40,404 bases of DNA from a virus: UHGV virus genome UHGV-0391129; one strand, 5' to 3'. The position numbers were made by a program, and so were the translations under genes. Of this stretch, positions 26,151 through 35,765 are shown in pieces (position 1 is the stretch's first letter; each line of letters begins with the position of its first letter). The notes under the pieces are model-generated. The model was given only the letters and a program-made list of their open reading frames with translations, did not search any database and was not told where the DNA came from.

Positions 26151-27022
26151 ATTTCACCTACCTTCTCTAGAAAAAAGGTATCTTGTTCTTTATCATCTAT
26201 CGTTGCAATAATTAATGCGCCATCCTCATTTTTGTAGTCAACAGAGCTTACTTTATCAACATCATGATTTGTAGAGAATAAATCGTCTTCTAAAATATCA
26301 GTAGTCACTACATCACCAATTTCAATAGTAAAAAATACATCCTTCAACTTTTTATAGAAGAATTCCATATCAGCTACTAATCTATCGGTAATATTCCCAT
26401 GCGTTACTCCAGCTATATCAACTCTCGCATTCATCAATTCGAGTAACATCTTTCCACCTGGGTCAATATCAGCCAAAATATCTTTGATTGATTCAAACCA
26501 AACTAAATACTCATTTTTCTGAGAATCACGCCAAGCTTCAAATTCAGATTTTCTAGCATTCATCCACGATGTAAAATCGCCTTGATTTTCTGTAATGAAA
26601 TCAATCATGTCTGCAATTAAATCCTCAACAGATTGCCAATATGACCCCATCTCGCCTTCAGTTTTAGAAACAGCATTAATAACAAAATAAGAAAAATCTT
26701 GCGTCGTTGCAACAATCTCTTCATCTTTGAAGATAATAAAATCAGCGGTTTGTCTGTGAAGGCACTGCATCGAATACTCGTCAAATACATATTGAATTTT
26801 TCCTTGCTTCGCGTCTGTGATTTTAGATGCTAACTGTACTGGATATTTCCCACCCACAATTGACTCAAAGTAGACTTTACAACCAGACAAATCAAAAGGA
26901 AGCCCATTTTCTACAATTTGAGCTTCCAAGATTTCACTATTCTTATTTCCTTGTCTCACTTTTACGATACCAATATAATTGTGTGGCTCTGTGGTGCTTA
27001 AAACGACATGCCATTTACTCAA
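26147..27022 (-). CDS. Baseplate/upper-baseplate protein
   Basis: 291 aa ORF between the Tal-associated genes and the fibres. Its C-terminus FFLEKVGEI shares the EKVG motif with the two downstream fibre proteins. Confidence 0.4.
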   Translation of the reverse strand: MSKWHVVLSTTEPHNYIGIVKVRQGNKNSEILEAQIVENGLPFDLSGCKVYFESIVGGKYPVQLASKITDAKQGKIQYVFDEYSMQCLHRQTADFIIFKDEEIVATTQDFSYFVINAVSKTEGEMGSYWQSVEDLIADMIDFITENQGDFTSWMNARKSEFEAWRDSQKNEYLVWFESIKDILADIDPGGKMLLELMNARVDIAGVTHGNITDRLVADMEFFYKKLKDVFFTIEIGDVVTTDILEDDLFSTNHDVDKVSSVDYKNEDGALIIATIDDKEQDTFFLEKVGEI

Positions 27023-27500
27023 TATTAATCACCCCTTTCTCAAAATCTGGTGGGATACAGATTGAAGCAATTTGATTAGAATCAAAGAAATTCCGATTGT
27101 ATTCCGCAACAATTTCACCATGTTCTGCATTTTGTTCATAAGTTTGAAATTGATGATTCAGCAAACTTTTTATGACTCCCGTATGTCCAAATGTTCGAGG
27201 TGCTAACATATTGTCACTAACTTTTGCCCCTAGTTTCCAATTAATGATTGCGCCTGGAACAAGTTGCTCATACGTCGGTTCAACGATTACACGCCAACCA
27301 TACAGTGTCCAATCGTAAGCTGAACCAATTTCAGCCGCTGACCAAACATTGCCGATTTGATGGGTAATATCGTATTTGGTCATTGCACCCATGCCTGGAC
27401 CGTCCATAATACCAGCGTACTCTGCAGACAATGCATAACATTGGTGATTCCCAATAGGCTGACCGATCAAACTTTGTAAATGATTTAATCCTTTATTCAT
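27015..27500 (-). CDS. Tail-associated putative cysteine peptidase (CHAP/NlpC-like)
   Basis: 161 aa. Candidate catalytic Cys (NHQCYALSAEYAG) and His (FGHTGVIK) lie at CHAP-like spacing. The assignment is tentative. Confidence 0.35.
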   Translation of the reverse strand: MNKGLNHLQSLIGQPIGNHQCYALSAEYAGIMDGPGMGAMTKYDITHQIGNVWSAAEIGSAYDWTLYGWRVIVEPTYEQLVPGAIINWKLGAKVSDNMLAPRTFGHTGVIKSLLNHQFQTYEQNAEHGEIVAEYNRNFFDSNQIASICIPPDFEKGVINIE

Positions 27501-27512
27501 CTTGAGTCTCCT

Positions 27513-30293
27513 TTATTTCTTAATTGGTCGTGCAAGACAAAAGTCACCGCCATTCAGGAGATAACCAAATGACAAATCAATTCTCCCATAACCAACACCA
27601 TTGCTATTCATACCGCCCATTTCGATAATCTTAGTTTGGTGACCATGATAGTCTTCTGTAAGAATTGCAGTATGTCCATTATTCCCTGCCCCGCTGCCTT
27701 GATTGACAATAACAATATCACCTGCTTTTGCTTCACTTGACGAAATCTCACGCAACCAACGTTTCGAACCTCTAGCGTCTGCCGTCATTGACCCGGTATA
27801 CCATTGCATATTTCCGGGCACGTTATAGCCTGCCTTATTTAGAACGAGCCAAACAAAACCGGAACAATCCGTACCACCAGATTTGTTGGGATTCAAAAAA
27901 TCACCCAAATCAGAAGATGGGTGAAGTTGAATATAGTAGAAATAACCAAGCCAGCTTTTAGCAACATCTAATATGGCTCCACCGCCTTTACTAATCGTCA
28001 AATCTTTAAAACGATTAAACCATTCTGTTGCCCAAGATTGGCGTTCTGGATGTGCTGCCGCTGGTCGTTCAAAGTTTTCTTCGAACACATAAGCAGCTTG
28101 TGCTGGATCTGTAATTTTTTTAAACTCAGCTACAGAAGTAGGTTGAACGCGGCCAAGCCATTGTCCGTTATAGCAACACCAATCAATTAGAGCTGATTGT
28201 GCTTTAGTTCCCGTATAATCATCTGTTATCCCTGCTTTGGCCATTAAGCGTTGAACATATTCGCGTCCATCCCACGTAGGCGCACCGATTAACGGATAGG
28301 ATGATCCATCCCACTGAACACCACCGAAACCAGGGCCACCTACTTGCGATGTGTTTGGATTCATTCCGGGACCAACTTCACCTCGAATATTACCAAGGAT
28401 TCCTGCAGTGGCTGCTTTACTGAAACCACGGGCAATTAAATATACCCACCATTGCCATGCAAATTTATCAGCAGAACTCGTGATACCAGCCGGATACGTT
28501 CCATCCCATTCTCCAGAGCCACCTTCTCCGCCGCCCCCACCTTGACCAGGAAAGACCTCTCGACTATTAATAGTCAACTTACCTTGGATATCTAAATCGC
28601 CAAAATGGTATGTTTTGCCATTTCCAAGCATTATAAAGCCTTTTTCTTGCACGGCTGAAATCAAAATATACTTACCAGAACCGTTAGCGCGAATAACCAG
28701 AGCATTTTCTTCTATAGGTGTTGGAGTTACAGCTTTTGGAAATGGATTACCTGCTGAGTCTGTTGTACCGATCGTACCAATCTCACCAGATTTACTCAAA
28801 AATTGCATGCCTTTTTTGGTTAACTCCATTACTTTTTTCTTATTATTTATAATTTGTAAAGCACCCGAAACGATTCTAAGCTGGTCGCCTAATTTGTTAA
28901 ATGATGTTTCCAAAACATCCGCTATTATCGTCCCAGTTCTAATAAAGTCCGCATTAAAGATGCTATCAATCGTCCATGCTGAATTAAAGGGGCCATTCCA
29001 ACCATTTTTGGAAAATGCAATGCCATTCTTGTTTAAACGGATCACATGTTTTGCTGTATTGATATCAGCGGTATCCATAATCAAAATATTAGAAGGTTGT
29101 GTTTTTGGCCACAACACAACATGTCCTCCTGCTTGCCCTCCACCAGTAATCATGGACGATACATAGTCTGTAAAACCACTCATATAACTGTTAGTAGCAT
29201 ACTCTTTTAATTTCTCTTGAAATTGATTCGTTTGTTGTTGATAAAACGCAACTTGCGTATCGCCAGCTACTAACGTTTTGGTCTTTTCATTTAATGTATC
29301 ATAAACAATACCTGTAACTTTTGATTCTAAATAGATATCATATTTTTTGTGATAAACGTGGAAAGTATCAAAAAGTCCATAGTTTCTGATTCGTGCAAAT
29401 TCCTTTGCTTCTTCACTATCTATCAACTTATCAAATTCAATTGTGATTGAAATCTTTGGCTTATCACAACCAGGGTTAATAGATTTAAAATAATTTGCAG
29501 CTACTTTATTCAATGAATTTAAGTCTTTTGCTCCTTGCTCTTCTGTGAATTGAATATGTTCCGTGCGTACATCCGAATAATTTTCAACTAATGGACTATC
29601 TACAACGTTCCCATAAATACGATTTGCCGTTCCTTCTGCTCCTTGTGCATCAACATAGGGGATAATACGAGTTTTCATCCCTGACCAATCAAGTTTTATT
29701 TTTAATCCCATTAAATCTTTGCCATAGCGAATTGTACCAACGTTATCACGTCCACGCCGTTTCAGGAGTGATAATTTAAATGGCTCCCTTTTCATCTCCC
29801 CACCCCAATACTGCAGCAAAGAACCTTGTTCACCGGCTATACAATTTAAAACATTTCGCGCCTCAAATGTAGTGCTAGAAGTCGTTGAAATATCCGAATA
29901 CAACCGAATATCTGATGCCTTATCCATGCCGTTCTCAATGAGTTTCATAGCGTTTTGAGCTGTTTGTGAATCAACTTCCACTTTTGTTACAGCACGTCTA
30001 CCAAGACGATATGTGCGTGACTTGGCATAGACTGTGACAGTATCCATAAATGTATCGACATCTTTATCATCTATATAAAAAATGTGATATTCTTCTTGGT
30101 CATTTGGTTTTGCTTTGATTTGATAATCATCTTCAAAATATTCATCAAATCGTGTTCCAAGCGGATATTCTAACTCTAATTCATATTTCCCGTTTGCCTC
30201 TTCTATGATTTCAACGTAAGAGCAATCTCTTAAAATTCCAAGTCCGTTGGTAGAAAAATCTGTTTCACTTGGCTCATAAATTCTTGGTTTCAT
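27513..30293 (-). CDS. Tail-associated lysin (Tal): prophage-tail-endopeptidase N-terminus, lysozyme-like middle domain and C-terminal NlpC/P60
   Basis: 926 aa. N-terminus MKPRIYEPSETDFSTNGLGILRD is Sipho-tail-endopeptidase-like. The middle region has GILGNIRGE...GGVQWDGS (tail lysozyme-like). The C-terminus has DCSGFVW (Cys) and GHTAILTEDYHGH (His), as in NlpC/P60. Confidence 0.75.
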   Translation of the reverse strand: MKPRIYEPSETDFSTNGLGILRDCSYVEIIEEANGKYELELEYPLGTRFDEYFEDDYQIKAKPNDQEEYHIFYIDDKDVDTFMDTVTVYAKSRTYRLGRRAVTKVEVDSQTAQNAMKLIENGMDKASDIRLYSDISTTSSTTFEARNVLNCIAGEQGSLLQYWGGEMKREPFKLSLLKRRGRDNVGTIRYGKDLMGLKIKLDWSGMKTRIIPYVDAQGAEGTANRIYGNVVDSPLVENYSDVRTEHIQFTEEQGAKDLNSLNKVAANYFKSINPGCDKPKISITIEFDKLIDSEEAKEFARIRNYGLFDTFHVYHKKYDIYLESKVTGIVYDTLNEKTKTLVAGDTQVAFYQQQTNQFQEKLKEYATNSYMSGFTDYVSSMITGGGQAGGHVVLWPKTQPSNILIMDTADINTAKHVIRLNKNGIAFSKNGWNGPFNSAWTIDSIFNADFIRTGTIIADVLETSFNKLGDQLRIVSGALQIINNKKKVMELTKKGMQFLSKSGEIGTIGTTDSAGNPFPKAVTPTPIEENALVIRANGSGKYILISAVQEKGFIMLGNGKTYHFGDLDIQGKLTINSREVFPGQGGGGGEGGSGEWDGTYPAGITSSADKFAWQWWVYLIARGFSKAATAGILGNIRGEVGPGMNPNTSQVGGPGFGGVQWDGSSYPLIGAPTWDGREYVQRLMAKAGITDDYTGTKAQSALIDWCCYNGQWLGRVQPTSVAEFKKITDPAQAAYVFEENFERPAAAHPERQSWATEWFNRFKDLTISKGGGAILDVAKSWLGYFYYIQLHPSSDLGDFLNPNKSGGTDCSGFVWLVLNKAGYNVPGNMQWYTGSMTADARGSKRWLREISSSEAKAGDIVIVNQGSGAGNNGHTAILTEDYHGHQTKIIEMGGMNSNGVGYGRIDLSFGYLLNGGDFCLARPIKK

Positions 30294-31030
30294 ACTTTTC
30301 TACACCACCTTGGAGTAATTTCAAAAGTTTTAATATTACTAGTCCAGCGGAAATCATTTCTGCCAGACACTAATTCAGGAAAATCTAAAAATGCTGTAAC
30401 AAGATCTTGATGTTCCAATGCTCCATCTAAACCTCGATAAGATTCTTCAATTTTTGAATCAATAATTAATTCACGATCAAGTTGTTTAAGTTTGAATTCT
30501 TTATCGTTAATAAAAAAAGAAGCATCGCCCGAACCAGTCAATTTAATAAGTGGTTTAGAGGGATACTTCTCTGTATTAAATAATGAAAAGTTTGAAGTTC
30601 GAAAAAGTGATTTTCTACCTGACCGATTTTCTTTAAAGGGTCGTACACTGACAGTAAACTCAAAAGGAACAATATTTCCTGTTTTACGTGTTCCTTTGAA
30701 TGTCGGTGCATCAATCACGATTGCTTGATAAATGTACTGTAGATCAAAATAGGCAATGAAGTCACTATAACTTCCCATATCAAGCCAAGCTGTGATTCTA
30801 TCTTCATATTCTTGCACATCTTCTAAAGTAGGTGCTTTGTAATAACACTCAATTTTTTTATTGGTATTTTTGTAATAAGCTTTATCAATAACAATAGAGT
30901 CGTTTCCTTCGCGTTCCCTAAGCTCAATTACACGTCCTGAAGAAGTGGAGATGGGACGATTTCGCATAAAGACATTGAATTCTTCAGAATGTTTCCCGTT
31001 AAGTACAAACTGACCTCTCTTAAATTGCAT
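30290..31030 (-). CDS. Distal tail protein (Dit)
   Basis: 246 aa ORF immediately after the tape measure gene, the canonical position; ATGA overlap with the Tal gene. Confidence 0.6.
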   Translation of the reverse strand: MQFKRGQFVLNGKHSEEFNVFMRNRPISTSSGRVIELREREGNDSIVIDKAYYKNTNKKIECYYKAPTLEDVQEYEDRITAWLDMGSYSDFIAYFDLQYIYQAIVIDAPTFKGTRKTGNIVPFEFTVSVRPFKENRSGRKSLFRTSNFSLFNTEKYPSKPLIKLTGSGDASFFINDKEFKLKQLDRELIIDSKIEESYRGLDGALEHQDLVTAFLDFPELVSGRNDFRWTSNIKTFEITPRWCRKV

Positions 31031-33810
31031 TAAATCACCCCTCCCACTGCATCAGCATCATTCTGCATTAAACGAGCTAATTCTATTTTCATTTTCTTCG
31101 CCATTTGACGAATAACCGAATCAGGCATATCTCCATAAACTGTTAAATGTAAATGGATTTCTTGATTTTCATTAGTTCCCACATTAGAACCACTAGCTTT
31201 CGTTTCATTGGCTAAATTGTTGTTTTCCACTTTTGATTTTAAGTTAACCGTTGGCAACTCAGTATTTTCAAATGGTAAGTTATCTAAAGAATTTTTTAAC
31301 CTGGGACTAGTTTGGTCAATCCCTTCAATAATACCTAAGACGACATTTTTACCAATTAAATCCCGCATCAATCTAGAAGGTGAATGGATATTAAGTAAAT
31401 TTTTAAGTCCACTAGTGATTGTTCCGGCTATATCACTGACTTTTTTCTTTAAATCTCCAAACTTTTCTTGGATTCCGTTAATCAATCCGTCAATAATATT
31501 TTTTCCAGTTTCAAATAAATTGATTTTTTTCAAATCATCAAAAATATTTTTGACACGATTAACAGTATTTGATACCCCTCTTTTTAATTTCTCCCATGCG
31601 TTTTCAGCACCTAAAACGAGGTTATTTGCGGTATTAATTACATTAGTTTTTAATGTTTGCCAGGTATTAATTGCGCCATTTTTTAAATCAGTAGCTTTTT
31701 GCTTAATGCTATTCTTTAAGTTCTCCCACGCATTCACCGCACCGTTTTTTAAATCCGTAGCTCGTTGAATAGCACCAACTTTCATATTTTGAAAAGCCTG
31801 AATAGCGAAATTCTTTAAATCTGTAGCAAACGTTTTAACGCTTGTTACTAAATTAGTCCACCAACTTTTAACACCTATAACCATTTCGGAGATTTTTAAG
31901 ATTCCCCAATCCTTAATACCATTGAAAATATTAACCAAAGTTTGATACCATCCTGTAGCTATTCCAACTACAGAATCGACCAACATTGTTGTATATGTTG
32001 TAATAATTGTCTTGATAGAAAGCCAGATACTTCCTGCTGCTTCTACTATATTATTCCAAATACCAACCATATTGTTTTTGGTCTCTTCCCAGCCCCCCGA
32101 AATCATAGAAGTAATGAAAAGAACTGGAGCGAGAATAATATTTTTAAGAATTTCAAAGGCATTTCCAGCAATTTCACTAATTTCTGAAAATATTGTAGTT
32201 AAACTTTCTTTAACGTTTGAAAAAGCATTGGCTATACCGTCAACAAGTGGTCTAATATATGGCATAATCGTCTCAGAAAAAGAAGACCACAATTTGCTTG
32301 CAGTTTCTTTAATTCCTTCCCACAAATCACTGAACCATTGCTTTGTATCAGACCAAGCATCCTTAACTCCTTGAACTGCTAATTTTGCAGAATCAATAGT
32401 TCCTTGCCATAAATTACTAGCGGTACCTTTAATCCCTTGCCATAAGTCACCAAACCATTGTTTTGTATTAGACCAAGCATTTTTAACACCTTCGACTGCG
32501 GCAGAGGCTTTTTCCTTCGCGCCTTCCCAGAGACCTGAAAACCATCCTTTGATGTTATTAAAAGTGACTTTAAAAAAGTCTGCAATTCCACCCCATATTT
32601 TCTTAGCCTCAGCGCTGATAGTATCCCAATTTTTATAAAGCATCACACCTGCAGCAACCAACATTCCTATACCGATGATAATCAGACCTGTCGGACTCAT
32701 TAAAAATGAAAAAGCAGTAGATAAAGATCCCACTGCTTTGGTAATATTTGTGATTGTATTTGTTGCTGAGTTAATTGCAGCCACTGCGGTTAATGCGCCC
32801 ACGACTCCGGAAATAATTGGAATTAACCATTCCGCATTATCGGATAAAAAATTAAACGCATTCGAAATCCCTTCGATAATTGGTGGGATTTCTTTTGCGA
32901 CAACTTTTAATCCATTTTCGAAAGCACTCCCGACTTTTGACAAAATATCAGAAATACTTGTTCCACTTTTTGCTAATCCTTCGTTGATTTTATTGATAGA
33001 TTCAGCAACTCCACGGGTAATAGCAGTTTTCATATTAGCGATACCTGTTTTTATACCCGAAGTTGAATCTTTAGCAATTTTTTCTAGTGACTTGAGACCT
33101 CCACCACCATTTTTATTAAGATCTATCAACTTTTTAGTAAAATCTTCAACTGTTAATTCACCCTTACCAAAGGCTTCTTTCATGGCACTCATGCTCATTC
33201 CCGATTCTTTAGCCATTGCATTTAAAACAGGAGTTAGACCAGAATTACGTAATGAGTTCCAAGTCTGTGCATCGAGCGGTCCATCCATTGGTAATTGCGA
33301 TAACTGCATGATAGCGTTGTTAACCATATCAGTTGAACCTCCGAAACCTAGAATGGCATTATTTAGTCCAGAAAATACTTTTTGTCCTAAATCAATATCA
33401 TCATATGTTGCGGTTAGTGCCGTCATTCCCTGAACAGCAGAGTCCAGCGGCGTCGGTAATCCACTAATTGATTTTTCAAGGTTTTTCATAGCCTTCTTTG
33501 TTTCCCCAGCTCTAAAACCCATATTTTCGAAAACACGATTTGAATTATTTAATGTATCAACACGATTAATAGCCCCATCAACACTACTAGAAATCATTCC
33601 TAATCCCTTAGAAATAATTCTAGTTGCACCACTTGCAAGGAAGTTTCCAACAAAAGATGTCCAGATGCCTCCGAGAGAGCGGCCACCTTTATCCCCGGTA
33701 CGACTAACTTGCCCATCAAAATTGCCTAACTTTTTTACAGCATTATTCATACCTGACGTAAAACCAGATTCATCCAAAATCATTTTTAAAACTAAGTCTT
33801 CGTTGTTCAA
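31030..33810 (-). CDS. Tape measure protein
   Basis: 926 aa with central hydrophobic segments and two tandem repeat families (22-aa ATDLKNGA...NAW and 40-aa KDAWSDTKQWFSDLWEGIK). TTG start after RBS AGGGGGTGG. Confidence 0.85.
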   Translation of the reverse strand: MNNEDLVLKMILDESGFTSGMNNAVKKLGNFDGQVSRTGDKGGRSLGGIWTSFVGNFLASGATRIISKGLGMISSSVDGAINRVDTLNNSNRVFENMGFRAGETKKAMKNLEKSISGLPTPLDSAVQGMTALTATYDDIDLGQKVFSGLNNAILGFGGSTDMVNNAIMQLSQLPMDGPLDAQTWNSLRNSGLTPVLNAMAKESGMSMSAMKEAFGKGELTVEDFTKKLIDLNKNGGGGLKSLEKIAKDSTSGIKTGIANMKTAITRGVAESINKINEGLAKSGTSISDILSKVGSAFENGLKVVAKEIPPIIEGISNAFNFLSDNAEWLIPIISGVVGALTAVAAINSATNTITNITKAVGSLSTAFSFLMSPTGLIIIGIGMLVAAGVMLYKNWDTISAEAKKIWGGIADFFKVTFNNIKGWFSGLWEGAKEKASAAVEGVKNAWSNTKQWFGDLWQGIKGTASNLWQGTIDSAKLAVQGVKDAWSDTKQWFSDLWEGIKETASKLWSSFSETIMPYIRPLVDGIANAFSNVKESLTTIFSEISEIAGNAFEILKNIILAPVLFITSMISGGWEETKNNMVGIWNNIVEAAGSIWLSIKTIITTYTTMLVDSVVGIATGWYQTLVNIFNGIKDWGILKISEMVIGVKSWWTNLVTSVKTFATDLKNFAIQAFQNMKVGAIQRATDLKNGAVNAWENLKNSIKQKATDLKNGAINTWQTLKTNVINTANNLVLGAENAWEKLKRGVSNTVNRVKNIFDDLKKINLFETGKNIIDGLINGIQEKFGDLKKKVSDIAGTITSGLKNLLNIHSPSRLMRDLIGKNVVLGIIEGIDQTSPRLKNSLDNLPFENTELPTVNLKSKVENNNLANETKASGSNVGTNENQEIHLHLTVYGDMPDSVIRQMAKKMKIELARLMQNDADAVGGVI
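31600..31830. repeat. Tandem 66-bp repeats (at least three units) inside the tape measure gene
   Basis: gcgccattttttaaatcagtagc, gcaccgttttttaaatccgtagc and gcgaaattctttaaatctgtagc recur at a 66-bp period. Confidence 0.6.
32300..32540. repeat. Tandem ~120-bp repeats (two units) inside the tape measure gene
   Basis: ccattgctttgtatcagaccaagcatcc at 32335 and ccattgttttgtattagaccaagcattt at 32455; the corresponding 40-aa protein repeat is AV(E/Q)GVK(N/D)AWS(N/D)TKQWF. Confidence 0.6.
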
Positions 33811-33825
33811 AAAGTACCACCCCCT

Positions 33826-34040
33826 TTAGAACATCGTATTCTCGTCAAGATATTTAACATCTTCGTATTCGTTAACGGCGTCTCTAAATCCAATTAGTTT
33901 CATTAAAGTATTTAAATCAGTATTTTCAATCTCATTCAGAGTCCAACCCATTTCAAATAATTGGAGTTTGATTTCCATTTCTCTAAATTGTGGAGTTTTA
34001 ACAAAATCAGGATGAATAAGAAGTTCTGCTACTTTTTTTT
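33826..34040 (-). CDS. gpT-like extension of the tail assembly chaperone, reached by a -1 programmed frameshift (G-T fusion)
   Basis: Slippery heptamer A_AAA_AAG (minus strand 34038..34032) sits immediately before the chaperone stop. The -1 frame stays open for 68 codons (VAELLIHPDFVKTPQFREMEIKLQLFEMGWTLNEIENTDLNTLMKLIGFRDAVNEYEDVKYLDENTMF) and stops at 33828..33826, just before the tape measure start. Confidence 0.5.
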
Positions 34041-34379
34041 CTGTTCAGCGTACACATCGTCATATCCTGCTGTTACAGAATTAAGTAGTTGGCCAGTAAT
34101 TTTTAAAACTTCACGAGCGTCCATTCCGTTCATGTAATCCTCACCCGTAAATTGGCCTTCAAAGATTACATTTCCAATAAAGGCATAACATTCATGCATT
34201 ACTGGCCGAATTTCTTCCATATCATTCGTTTTAATCGCTTCTTGTAGTCTAGTTTGCAAACTGGTAGCTTCTTCCATAACACTACCAGGTAAAAATTCCG
34301 CCGATTTAAACTGTACTGATTTATATTTTCCATCCTTATTTTTCTGCATTAATTTAATTGTGGTTTGATATTTTGACAT
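34029..34379 (-). CDS. Tail assembly chaperone (gpG-like)
   Basis: 116 aa acidic protein between the major tail and tape measure genes, ending in a slippery site. Confidence 0.6.
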   Translation of the reverse strand: MSKYQTTIKLMQKNKDGKYKSVQFKSAEFLPGSVMEEATSLQTRLQEAIKTNDMEEIRPVMHECYAFIGNVIFEGQFTGEDYMNGMDAREVLKITGQLLNSVTAGYDDVYAEQKKK

Positions 34380-34381
34380 TA

Positions 34382-34984
34382 TTATTGATCTCCTTCTTCT
34401 TCAACTGTCAGTGGATTTGCGGGGGTAGCAAACCAATTTTTAATCATTTCAGCATCTACTCCCTCATCGTCTTCATCAACTGAGTACATATAACCTACTC
34501 CTGGCACATCTACAAACGAACCTTTCCATGTTGGATGGGTAAAAGTTACCTTGTTTCCTTCTTGCGTAGAAGTTTCATCGGAATCTAAAGTAAATTGTCC
34601 TTTGTAAAAAATGGTATACCGAAATTTTCCGTTTGTTTTCTTACGTCTATAAGCAAAAGCTCCGTCTTTAGCAATATCTTCTCCCGATCGCAAAGCGCCG
34701 CCTTTCACCAATTTTCCCCCAGTAATTTCCGATAAAACTTTGTGGGTGTACCCGTTTGATTCCAACTCTACTTCTGCTCCACCGAAGGCTGTAAATTGGT
34801 CTTGAACAACTGAATCTCCGAAATCTTGTGTGGTCTCATAATTAGCTGTGGGTTTAATACTGACTGCAGTTCCCATAACTACTGGCTCGCCATATACTGG
34901 AAAATCACCTGCATCATCTATTAATGGAAACCATGTTGGTTTTTCCACAGAAATAATTCCTGTTTTACTCTTTTTATTTGCCAT
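34382..34984 (-). CDS. Major tail protein
   Basis: 200 aa, immediately upstream of the chaperone genes; RBS present. Confidence 0.6.
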   Translation of the reverse strand: MANKKSKTGIISVEKPTWFPLIDDAGDFPVYGEPVVMGTAVSIKPTANYETTQDFGDSVVQDQFTAFGGAEVELESNGYTHKVLSEITGGKLVKGGALRSGEDIAKDGAFAYRRKKTNGKFRYTIFYKGQFTLDSDETSTQEGNKVTFTHPTWKGSFVDVPGVGYMYSVDEDDEGVDAEMIKNWFATPANPLTVEEEGDQ

Positions 34985-35361
34985 TAATCCTCACTCCATT
35001 CAATATATTGAGGAAATGCAACAGTAAATCGAATATGTTGCACTCCATCCGTTTTGTCCGGCATATAATCTTCTGGTAAAATTTGATTGTCATCTATTTC
35101 TAAGACATTAAAAAAAGCCTCACATTGTGAGACCATCTCGTTTATTAGATTTTTGTTGGATTTATTATCCACTAAGGCAATGTCAACTAAGAATGCTTTA
35201 TTTTGTACGTTAATGCCCACATTCTCCATGCCTGCTGGTTCAACTGACAGAACAAAGTAGAAATCTTTTGAAGATTGCATCACGCTATCTTCATAGACTG
35301 GTGCAGATGGCGCAATTTGTTTTAATTTTTGCGTAATCGCACGTGTTATTTTAGACTTCAT
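34984..35361 (-). CDS. Tail terminator/tail completion protein
   Basis: 125 aa, position-based call (head-tail joining gene set); ATGA overlaps. Confidence 0.45.
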   Translation of the reverse strand: MKSKITRAITQKLKQIAPSAPVYEDSVMQSSKDFYFVLSVEPAGMENVGINVQNKAFLVDIALVDNKSNKNLINEMVSQCEAFFNVLEIDDNQILPEDYMPDKTDGVQHIRFTVAFPQYIEWSED

Positions 35362-35765
35362 TTCTTAGCTCCTTTCAGCACTTTAATAGCCATAACTTTC
35401 CATCGGCGCGGAATATAGGTCATATTCGCTAAATTAGTAGCGCGTTGCAACATAAATCGGCCTTTAACGAACCCACCATTTTTAGTTCTATGCCCATCAT
35501 TCACATATTTAAAATATTTTTCGTTATTAATCAAAGCTCCAACGATTCTACCAGTAGAAAGTTTCCTTGCTTTCATAACCCGATATCCCCGTCTTAAATC
35601 ACCGGTTTTAATGGGCGTTAAGGGTACCGCTAATTCCCATACTTTGTTTAAAGAGTCGTTAACAAATGCTTCTCCTTCTTTTTGAGCAAGTTTAGTCATT
35701 TGTTCAAATTGCTTCATAACTTCTTTAGCGTTGCTCTCAAATCTAACGTCACCCATTAGGTTCAC
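35358..35765 (-). CDS. HK97 gp10-family tail-component protein
   Basis: 135 aa; position and the N-terminus MNLMGDVRFESNAKEVMKQFEQ are typical of this family. Confidence 0.45.
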   Translation of the reverse strand: MNLMGDVRFESNAKEVMKQFEQMTKLAQKEGEAFVNDSLNKVWELAVPLTPIKTGDLRRGYRVMKARKLSTGRIVGALINNEKYFKYVNDGHRTKNGGFVKGRFMLQRATNLANMTYIPRRWKVMAIKVLKGAKK

